Source: Anaerolineae bacterium
GTDB lineage: Bacteria; Chloroflexota; Anaerolineae; Aggregatilineales; UBA3940
Length of the DNA: 32,376 nucleotides
Direction of reading: 5' to 3'
Assembly (NCBI GenBank): GCA_016926985.1
Contig: JAFGNO010000131.1
Location: 1 to 32,376 of the forward strand
The notes under the pieces were generated by a model. The model had not been told where the DNA came from and did no database searches. It saw only the letters and a program-made list of their open reading frames with translations. Shown here piece after piece: positions 1 through 8,400 of the stretch (positions are counted from its first letter, which is position 1; every line of letters begins with the position of its first letter). The translations under genes and the position numbers were made by a program.

Positions 1-52
1 ACCCGAAGGCAACCAGACCCATCCGAGCCGAAAATCTGATATACTTTTGCAT
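1..52 (-). CDS. 5' fragment of a gene running off the window (MQKYIRFSARMGLVAFG...), possibly a signal peptide
   Basis: ATG at 52-50 on the minus strand, preceded by an AAAGGA RBS; open to the window edge; basic then hydrophobic N-terminus. Confidence 0.55.
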   Translation of the reverse strand, partial: MQKYIRFSARMGLVAFG

Positions 53-222
53 AGCGACGGTTTCCTTTCGCAAGTTGTTTCTCTCATTATGAGTCTTGCT
101 CAGGAAGCTGTCGCTGTCACTTTTTGATGTCACTTCCGATGATTTGTAGGCTAATTGGCACGAAATTTAGGTATGTAAGCACTGCATACAGTTCTGCAGT
201 GTTCCTCCGTAACCTTCCCTAA

Positions 223-948
223 TCAATGCCTCAGGATTGCTGTGCCAACAATCGACATAATCATGATCAGCAGCACCAGCAATACAAAACCACTGAAAAG
301 CCAATCTCCTATCAAGGCAAGGACAACCATGACGGCAACAAGCACCGCTATAATCAACAGCGCAGATAAGCTAATAAAGCCAGGATTGATCCCCGAACGC
401 CCCACTCTGGCATACAGCACTATCCCGGCTGCCATCAACAGCCCGCCGATCAACAGCGCAGCAATCACAACCTGCCGCCCTGTCAAAAACGGCAGCTGCA
501 CCACAAAAATACCGCAGGTGCCGGTACGTTCAGGAAGCGGGTAGTTACGACCCACGTAAACTCTGACAAATACAAACCTATTCCAAGCAGCATTGCTGGC
601 CGAGACGTCCCAGGTCAGTGTTTGCGTTTCTCCAGGCGTAAGATAAACCATCTCATCGTTCTGCTGTAACAGCGTCACGAATCCATCAGAAATGCGCGTG
701 TGAACGATAAGCGTTTTGTCGACATCCGCAGGGTTGTCGAAGGTAGCTGAGACCGTTGAAACCTCGTCAGCTACCAAGATAGCAGGGCATCTGAGGGTCT
801 TCAGCTTGGTTTTGGCGCCAATTGAAGCATTAAACAGGGTCGACTCGAGGTCGGCCCAGGCCGTAACACCGGCCAGCAGGATGCCTACAAGTGCCCCCAG
901 CGCAAAGACAACAAGACTGATAACCAAAACCGCTCGATGTTTATTCAT
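223..948 (-). CDS. Hypothetical membrane protein: N-terminal TM/signal, beta-rich soluble domain with two Cys, ~3 C-terminal TM helices
   Basis: 241-aa ORF with a clear hydrophobic pattern; Cys in LRCP and GTCG; no recognised family. Confidence 0.8.
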   Translation of the reverse strand: MNKHRAVLVISLVVFALGALVGILLAGVTAWADLESTLFNASIGAKTKLKTLRCPAILVADEVSTVSATFDNPADVDKTLIVHTRISDGFVTLLQQNDEMVYLTPGETQTLTWDVSASNAAWNRFVFVRVYVGRNYPLPERTGTCGIFVVQLPFLTGRQVVIAALLIGGLLMAAGIVLYARVGRSGINPGFISLSALLIIAVLVAVMVVLALIGDWLFSGFVLLVLLIMIMSIVGTAILRH

Positions 949-1024
949 AGGATTCTTTCACAATTTCTAATAAGAGAGAAAAGCAGACCAGAATATACCC
1001 GGCTTCGCAGCGCTGCAGACAAGC

Positions 1025-1051
1025 ATAAAAAAGGAACATCCTGATTGTTCC
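1025..1051 (-). terminator. Probable intrinsic terminator closing the hdr-met operon
   Basis: Minus strand reads GGAACA-ATCAGGA-TGTTCC followed by TTTTTTATG. Confidence 0.55.
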
Positions 1052-1218
1052 CTTCTATACATAAATATACGTCATTGATGCAAAAAGGTGACTCCCAGCA
1101 GCCTGCACAGGACAGTCCACACCAATATGAAGGCTGAGCATCCGGTCAGAACAGAGGCAGGCTTAACAGCCAGCCGCTTGAGAGCGAGCCAAACAACCTG
1201 ATGCAGTGATTGCGCCTG

Positions 1219-1755
1219 TCAGTCCGTTTCGATGCGAAAGGGCCTGTTGCAATATCTGCAGATTGCCGCTTCCGCCAGAAGCGATGACTGGTTGATCAGG
1301 ATATAGCGAGGCGGCAGACATTCGCAAGCCGCCTTAACGCAAGGATCATCTAGCGGCACCCTCCTGACAAGTTCACCCACATACTGAGTTGCCTGCAATA
1401 AGCCTGAGTTACGCTCAATTGCTTCCGCCAGAGAAAACAGCAGGTTGGCCCACTGCGTCTCGGCATCAGGAGCCAGAATCCACCTGACACATTGTGTCAC
1501 AGAATCCCGGATACTCATCAATCCATAAGCTCTGGCAGGCAGTTTGTACCAGGGCGAAAAACGGTCAACCAGTTCAATCATCTCCAGGAGGATGTTAACC
1601 AGGACCGTTTTTGCTGCCTCCTCTGCATCAATAAGCACTACTCCTTCAAAGAGCGCCTCCAGGTCTGGCATTCCCGAATTGACGCCAAAATATCCACAGA
1701 CATCGCGCCAGAGCTTCTCAAGCGTAGCGTCCATGACCTCCACTGAAACCACCAT
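1219..1755 (-). CDS. Hypothetical protein with a C-terminal Cys cluster (CVKAACEC...CRYC), possibly a metal-binding ribbon
   Basis: 178-aa ORF, strong AGGAGG RBS, 60 bp downstream of hdrCB on the same strand. Confidence 0.75.
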   Translation of the reverse strand: MVVSVEVMDATLEKLWRDVCGYFGVNSGMPDLEALFEGVVLIDAEEAAKTVLVNILLEMIELVDRFSPWYKLPARAYGLMSIRDSVTQCVRWILAPDAETQWANLLFSLAEAIERNSGLLQATQYVGELVRRVPLDDPCVKAACECLPPRYILINQSSLLAEAAICRYCNRPFRIETD

Positions 1756-1815
1756 ACCAGCCCCTCCTGCCCCCCCTAACCGGGTGGCTCTGGTATTAAC
1801 GAATGCCCCTCCCTA

Positions 1816-3240
1816 TTAATGCTCGGATAACAGCCCCTTGCTCTTCAGCAGGGGCACCGGGTTGACCAGATTTTTGCTCAACGCTGCCGACTTTTCCGGC
1901 AGGCCCAGCGCAATTGCCAGCAACTGCGTGAAATACAGGACGGGCATTTCAAAGTCCAGCTTCATCTGGAACTGCCGCGCATCCAGATTCATATGGCAAA
2001 GCGGACACGCCACAGCAATGGCGTCAGCGCCTACCTCCCGTGCCCGTTTGAGTAAATTGCCGCTTAAGTCTAAAACAATATCGGTGCGGGTAAGCGAATG
2101 GGCTGCGCCACAACAGCAGGTTTTATAGGACCAATCCAGCACCTCCGCACCCGCTGCGCAGAGCAGATCGTCCATATCCGTGGGATTTTCCGGGTGCAGC
2201 GCCCCGGTCACTTCCGATGGTCGGGTTAACAGACACCCGTAATAGGTTACGAGTTTCAAGGAATTCAACGGTTGTTGAACTTTTTTCGTTATCTTCTTAA
2301 GTCCCACATGCTGGTGAATGGCTTCAATCAAGGTGCTCACATGCACGCGGTCCTGGTAGGTATATCCGGTTTCTTTTGCGACATCGTCCACGACCTGCCG
2401 ATGTTCATTCAGGTCGTGCACGGCAAACTTGTGTCGGCTGTAGCAGGCGGCGCAGGGCATGGTCACTTCAGAAAAGCCACCCTGCTCAATCAGCACCAGG
2501 TTATCAAATGGCAGCCGGAAAGCCGCTTCAGGATCCATTTTATGAGCCGCTGAACTTCCACAACATCCCCAGCCATCAGGTTCAATCAGGTTAAGGTCAA
2601 GGGCCTCACAGACAGACACTGTTGATGTGTTGTACTCAGCTGCCGTGCCATGCAGTGAGCAACCCGGATAGTAAGCAACGGAACGTGAAGCACCGGCAAC
2701 CGGTTTGACATGCCTGGGCTTACGTGTAGGCGCCGGCATAATGGGTATCTTGTTGCGCTGGAACATGCGTAAGGCCAGGTCGAGATCGGCCATAATATTC
2801 ATGGTGCGCAGTTTTAGCTCCGCCATGAGGCCCGCTTCATAATTGCGCCGCCACAGGCTGACCTCGCGAAGAAAAGCCTGATTGAAGATATTCACTTCTT
2901 TAACAGGGGGCTTGTACCCCCGTGCCACTGACTCCTGGGTGAGAAAATCCATGATCCCTGCAATATCAAGGCCCTGCGGACAGCGAGTAGTACAGGTCTG
3001 GCAGGATGCACATAACCAGGGAGTCTTAGCTTTTAGCGCAATGTCCTCCTGTCCCAGTTGAAGGGCGCGCATGATCTGGTTGGGCTGCCAGTCAAAATAC
3101 TCGGCAACCGGACAGCCCGCCGTGCACTTGATGCACTGGTAGCACAAGTACACGTTTTGTCCCAACTCCTCCTGAACGCGCCGGGCCAGTTCATGAGAGA
3201 TTACAATTGATTCCCCGGGCGATTGGCGTTCGCTGGCCAT
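1816..3240 (-). CDS. hdrCB: Fused heterodisulfide reductase-like HdrC-HdrB protein
   Basis: N-terminal 2x[4Fe-4S] motifs CYQCIKCTAGCP and CASCQTCTTRCP (HdrC), then two CCG domains: YYPGC..GCCG..CAAC and YYGC..CCCG..ACPLCH (HdrB). Confidence 0.92.
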   Translation of the reverse strand: MASERQSPGESIVISHELARRVQEELGQNVYLCYQCIKCTAGCPVAEYFDWQPNQIMRALQLGQEDIALKAKTPWLCASCQTCTTRCPQGLDIAGIMDFLTQESVARGYKPPVKEVNIFNQAFLREVSLWRRNYEAGLMAELKLRTMNIMADLDLALRMFQRNKIPIMPAPTRKPRHVKPVAGASRSVAYYPGCSLHGTAAEYNTSTVSVCEALDLNLIEPDGWGCCGSSAAHKMDPEAAFRLPFDNLVLIEQGGFSEVTMPCAACYSRHKFAVHDLNEHRQVVDDVAKETGYTYQDRVHVSTLIEAIHQHVGLKKITKKVQQPLNSLKLVTYYGCLLTRPSEVTGALHPENPTDMDDLLCAAGAEVLDWSYKTCCCGAAHSLTRTDIVLDLSGNLLKRAREVGADAIAVACPLCHMNLDARQFQMKLDFEMPVLYFTQLLAIALGLPEKSAALSKNLVNPVPLLKSKGLLSEH

Positions 3241-3252
3241 ATTCCACCTCCG

Positions 3253-4269
3253 CTAGGTTGCAACTACCGGTCTGGGCAACAGACCAGCGCCTTCCACAAT
3301 TGGCTGAACAGCTTCTTCCCACTCGATGGCCATGATATGAACACCCGCAACACCCTTGATTTCCTTGAGTTCGTTGATCAGGTCGATGCAAATCCTGATG
3401 CCCTCATCTTTCCAGGCCTGAGACCGCGCCTTTTTGTCCTCAGTTGTCAATTCTTCTTTGGGAATATCTGCCCAGGGGGCGCTGGCCCGATTCATCCGGT
3501 CTATGACTTTGTCGGGCACAAGAATGCCGGGAACCTGGTTTTTCATATAGCGCGCCATCCCGGGGCTTTTCAATGGCCCAACCCCGGCAAGGATATATGC
3601 CTGCTCATGAAGTCCCATTGAACGGACCTTTTCCATGTAAACGGCAAAGGCCGGGATATCATAAACCAGCTGGGTCTGGATAAAGTTAGCCCCCGCAGCA
3701 ATTTTCTTGGCCAGCCGGTAGGGACGAAACTCGGTCGGGTCGGCAAATGGCGCAGCAGCAGCCCCTACAAAGAACCGGGCTTCAGGGCCTTTAAAAGCCT
3801 CACCGCTCGCAAAAACAGCCGAATCGCGCATATCAGAGACAAGCTTGACCAACTGAAGCGAATCGATATCAAAGACATTCTTTGCCGTCGGGTGGTTACC
3901 AAAACTCTGGTGATCGCCCGTTAAACACAGCAAGTTACGCATGCCTAATGCGTATGCCCCTAACAGGTCACTTTGTATAGCCAGCCGATTGCGATCGCGA
4001 CAGGTCATCTGGATGATCGGTTCAAGACCTTCCTGAACAACTATTGTCCCCGCACCAATGCTGGACATCCGGACAATCGCAGTCTGGTTGTCGGTAATAT
4101 TAACCGCGTCGCAGTTGCCTTTTAGAATGGCAGCCTTATGCCGGATTTCCTGCCCATCAGCACTCTGAGGCGGGCCGAGTTCTCCGGTCACCGCGAAATG
4201 TCCCGCTTTCAGAACCTTTTCAAGATTAGAGCCAACCAGATAGCCATTTGAGGAAGTGGCATTGCTCAT
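3253..4269 (-). CDS. metF: 5,10-methylenetetrahydrofolate reductase, catalytic flavin subunit
   Basis: Motifs VTGELGPP, NITDNQ, QMTCRDRNRLAIQSDLLGA, LCLTGDH, FIQTQ, GVHIMA. Start moved from 4482 to the ATG at 4269 (MSNATSS, GGAGGA RBS), which removes the overlap with metV. Confidence 0.93.
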   Translation of the reverse strand: MSNATSSNGYLVGSNLEKVLKAGHFAVTGELGPPQSADGQEIRHKAAILKGNCDAVNITDNQTAIVRMSSIGAGTIVVQEGLEPIIQMTCRDRNRLAIQSDLLGAYALGMRNLLCLTGDHQSFGNHPTAKNVFDIDSLQLVKLVSDMRDSAVFASGEAFKGPEARFFVGAAAAPFADPTEFRPYRLAKKIAAGANFIQTQLVYDIPAFAVYMEKVRSMGLHEQAYILAGVGPLKSPGMARYMKNQVPGILVPDKVIDRMNRASAPWADIPKEELTTEDKKARSQAWKDEGIRICIDLINELKEIKGVAGVHIMAIEWEEAVQPIVEGAGLLPRPVVAT

Positions 4270-4270
4270 T

Positions 4271-4954
4271 CTATTCCTCCTCTGCTGCCAATCGCAGATC
4301 ATCACGCGTGATTTTTCGGGGCCCACCATCTCGGGAGGTGCTCCAATTCTTGGGTGGCTGAAGCTCCAGAAGCGCATCGAGACGCCCCAAACGACTGAGC
4401 CGGTCATATATGAGCTGCCAGGCACAGTCAATATCCGGGTTGATCTCGCAGTGCCCATCTTCCGAGCCTCCGCAGGGCCCATTTAGCAGCGACTTCGAGC
4501 ACCGGGCAATCGGGCAGATACCGCCGGTGATGCCCAGCACACAATCTCCGCATGCTGCGCATCGTTCTATCCATACACCCTGTTCCGTTGGCATCCCAAG
4601 AAAGGTGGTATTCAATCCGGGGACAACCCATTTATCTGGGAAGCGTTCAGCTATTGCCTGAACACCGATCCCACAACCAAGCGAAAGGATAATATCGGCA
4701 TCACTGATCTGCTCTTTTATCTCATCCAGGTATTCCCATTCGCACTGGCGCTGAACCGTCACGTCAGTCACCTCTCTGGGCACGCTGTTCAGTTTGCTGG
4801 TCATTCTGACCGAGGCGGCAACAATCGCCGCTTCACGCGCCCCCCCGGCAAAGCAGACCGTGACGCAGGTGCCACACCCGACAACCAGGACACGTTCATC
4901 GCTGCCCAAAAGCCCCATAATCTCGTCCAGCGGTTTCTGTTCTGCAATGATCAT
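4271..4954 (-). CDS. metV: MetV, Fe-S/Zn subunit of methylene-THF reductase
   Basis: GCGTCVTVCFAGG, RQCE, CAACGDC..GGICPIARCSKSLLNGPCGG..CE..CAWQLIY; directly upstream of metF. Confidence 0.93.
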   Translation of the reverse strand: MIIAEQKPLDEIMGLLGSDERVLVVGCGTCVTVCFAGGAREAAIVAASVRMTSKLNSVPREVTDVTVQRQCEWEYLDEIKEQISDADIILSLGCGIGVQAIAERFPDKWVVPGLNTTFLGMPTEQGVWIERCAACGDCVLGITGGICPIARCSKSLLNGPCGGSEDGHCEINPDIDCAWQLIYDRLSRLGRLDALLELQPPKNWSTSRDGGPRKITRDDLRLAAEEE

Positions 4955-4957
4955 TGG

Positions 4958-5419
4958 TCACTCTCCAGTCGACGTCTCTGTCGTGTATAACGGGTCTTTT
5001 CGCAGTGGGTTTGGCCCCAGCTGCCGGATCTCTTCAGTTAACTTAGCAGCATATTCGGCAAACTGTCCTCCCATGGCAGATGACAAATTGAACATCTGGA
5101 CACGGCTCGCCTCCAGACCAATTTCCAACAGGAGATTCCTGACAAATTCAACCCGCCGCCTAGCGTTGATATTACCTAACAGGTAATGACAGTCGCCTTC
5201 CATTCAACCAGCGACCATAACGCCATCAGCGCCATCCTCAAGCGCCTTGAGAATATGCACCACATCCACTTTGCCTGTACATGGCAGCCCGATTATTCTA
5301 AGCGATTCAGGATAGTTCAAACGCAACGAACCAGCCAAGTCGGCTGCCGCGTAAGCACAATGATGGCAGCAAAATGCGACGATTGTTGGCTCAAAAGCAA
5401 ACTCATCATTTCCTGTCAT
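4958..5419 (-). CDS. mvhD: MvhD/FlpD-family [2Fe-2S] subunit, selenoprotein (in-frame UGA at 5206-5204 read as Sec), ~153 aa
   Basis: Track ORFs 5204..5419 and 4958..5203 are in the same frame and joined by one TGA: GADGVMVAG-U-MEGDCHY. The TGA aligns with the Cys of the paralog (GADGVYVVA-C-PIGNCHH). SECIS-like hairpin downstream. Confidence 0.92.
5171..5187 (-). promoter_or_regulatory. Bacterial SECIS-like hairpin for the mvhD Sec codon
   Basis: mRNA AUUACCU-GUU-AGGUAAU, a perfect 7-bp stem with a G-first loop starting 23 nt after the UGA. Confidence 0.75.
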
Positions 5420-8400
5420 AATTTCTCCCGTTTGTCTGCCAGATCAGACTCGCAGAGCGCAATAAGGTCAAACCTATCCATAAACCGCCCTTTGCCAAAC
5501 AATGCATCAATCTTGGCAATGACCTGAACATCACTGTAGTGCCTCAACTGTATTGCCTGGGCAGGGCACTCACTGGCGCACGTCCCACAACCCTGGCAGA
5601 CAGCAGGTTCAATATACGCGGCCCCCATGATGTTGCCTGTTCCAACCAGAGAAGATTTCACCCGGGGGACACCAAACGGGCACACACGCACACAGGTCAA
5701 GCAACCAGTGCAGCGCGTTTCATCCACAACAGCAATGCTGCCACCCGCGGTCATTGTCTCATAGACAAGCACCTTGGCGGCCTGTGAAGCAGCGGCCTGG
5801 GCCTGAACGATGGTTTCATCGAGCAGTTTGGGATAGTGAGCCATCCCGGCCATAAACAAGCCATCGGTCGAAAAGTCAATCGGCCTGAGCTTGACATGCA
5901 CCTCAAGAAAGAACCCGTCATTGTCGAGATTGGCCTTAAATAAACGGGCTATCTCACGGGATTCTGGCCGGGGAACAACGGGCATACTGAGCACCAGCAG
6001 GTCTGGCTCCAGCCTGACTGTCTGACTGAAAGCCGAATCCCAGGCTGAAACAACCAGGCCGTCGTCGCTCTGCACGTCCGGGGGGTGGTCATCATCATAA
6101 CGAACAAAAACCACTCCCAGTTCACGGGCCTGCGTATACAGCCGCTCTTTGAATCCATAGGCGCGAATATCTTTGTAGATAATGACCACCCGGGCATCGG
6201 ACTTGCGCTGCTTGAGCGCAATGGCGTTCTTGAGCGCAACCGTGCAGCAGATACGGGAACAGTACTGTTCGGCGGGGCCAACACACTGGATCATCACAAC
6301 GGAATCAGGAAGCTCGCCGCCATGCAGGACAGCCTCAAACTGCTGCTGGGTCACGATCCGCGGGTTGGTCCCATACCCGTATTCCGGCCCGCGATATTCG
6401 ATGCCGCCAATCGCCAGTATGGTCGCACCATGCTCCAAGACGGTCCGCTCACCGGTGTTGGTCTCAATGGTGGTGGAGAAATTCCCTCGGAAACCACTGG
6501 CATCCACCACCTGGCTGTTGAGATGAACCGTTACGGCTGGATTCTCCTCCACCTGGTCAACAAGGTGCCGCAGAAATGCGGCGGGGTCCTGACCGTCGGG
6601 CAGGGTATAGGTGTATCGCAGGTTGCCCCCCAGCGCCTCTTCCTTTTCGATCAGATTGACCGGGAATCCCTGCTCGGCAAGGGACAGCGCGGCTGTCATC
6701 CCGGCCACCCCGCCACCGACAACAAGCGCACGCTGCTGGACAGGAACAGTGATCGGCGTCTGCGGGAGCAACTCGGCAGCGCGTCCAACCGCCATCCGGA
6801 CCAGGTCTTTTGACTTGGCGGTTGCTTTATCCCAGTTATGTGAGTGAACCCACGAACACTGGTTGCGGATATTGGCCATCTCAAACAGGTAGGGGTTCAA
6901 ACTGGCGGTGCGCAGGCAGTCGCGGAACAGGGGCTCATGCGTCAGGGGTGTGCAGCTTGCCACCACCACACGGTTAAGGCCACGTTCCCGGATTTCCTCA
7001 GCAATATGGGCGATGCTATCCTGCGAACAGGTATAGAGATTGGATTCCGCGTGTGCCACGCCCGGAAGCGTGGCGGCGTATTCAGCCACCTCAGGCACAT
7101 CCAGATACCCCCCGATATTGGAGCCGCAATGACAGACAAATACGCCAATTCGCAGTTCTTCGCCTGAGACGTCGCGCTCTTCTGGATACTCCGTTTGTTT
7201 GGTCAGGGTAAATCGCGAGTTGCTTAACAGCCCGGCAGCAGCACCTGCCGCCCCGCTGGCCTCAATAACCGATTCGGAAATATCTTTAGGCTCCCGGAAG
7301 GGGCCAACTGCGTATATCCCTTTTCGGCTGGTTTCCAGCGGATCAAACAGGGTGGTATGGCAGAACCCATATTCATCCAGCTCGATTCCAAGCCTGTGAC
7401 CCAGCGCTTTCACCGACTCGGAAATCTCCATACCGACGGAAAGCACTACCAGGTCAAACTGCTCATCATGGGGCGCGCCCTGATCATCGACATAGTGGAT
7501 CAGCAGGTTTCGTGTGTCAGGATCTTCATGAAGCTGGCTGATCCGGCAGCGCGTATACTGCACGCCATAGCGGTTCCGAGCGCGCTCAAAATATCCCCAG
7601 TATCCCTTGGAAAAAGCCCGCATATCCATCATGAATACGTGGATATCCAGGTCCGGCTCGTGCTCTTTGGTGATGATAGCTTCCTTTGTGGCGTACATGC
7701 AGCACACGGCAGAGCAGTAATCGTGGGACTGGTCGCGGGAGCCCACACACTGGAGAAAAGCAATCTTCTGCGGCTTCTGCCCATCAGATGGGCGCTGGAT
7801 ATGCCCCATTGTTGGACCTGAGGCAGACAGAATCCGCTCGTATTGCAAAGCGGTGATCACATTGGGATACCGGCCAAAGCCGTACTCTTCAGACAATTCG
7901 GCACGATACACCTGGTAACCAGGAGCCAGGATAACCGCCCCCACCTGGATCATTTCTTCGGTCGCCGCCATATCATGGTTAATAGCATCCCGCCCGCAGG
8001 CAAAGGTACAGCTCATGCACTCAGAACACACACCACAGGCCAGGCAACGAGCGGCTTCCGCCATGGCGGATTCGTCGTCATAGCCGCCTTCCACCTCGGC
8101 AAAATTGCCTATCCGCTTGCTTACCGGAAGCTCAGGCAGGGGAACCCGCCTCTGCGGTGTAATCTCACCCCGGGCAATACGCTCATCAATCTCCTGCTGG
8201 GTCAGTTTAACCACCGGCAGCTCCGGCTTGGGCGGCGGCTCCAGATGATCCCCCTGCAAATAGCGGATAATCGACCGTGCAGCAGTATGTCCACTGTCAA
8301 CAGCTTCAATGACAAAAGCCGTCCCCGATACGCTGTCGCCCGCTGCAAAAACACCCTCGCGTGTTGCTGCCAGCGTGTTGGGATTGACGGCTATGGTCCT

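Noticed and set aside
4270-4482. 71-aa N-terminal extension of MetF in the ORF track
   Set aside because: It overlaps the conserved metV C-terminus; a good RBS and ATG exist at 4269
5416-5418. Sec read-through at other TGA stops (hdrL 5416-5418, hdrA 10565-10567)
   Set aside because: These are ATGA start/stop overlaps at the natural ends of complete proteins, not at conserved Cys positions
4958-5419. mvhD as a pseudogene or two small genes
   Set aside because: The only interruption is an in-frame TGA at a conserved Cys column with a SECIS-like hairpin, so selenocysteine is the better explanation
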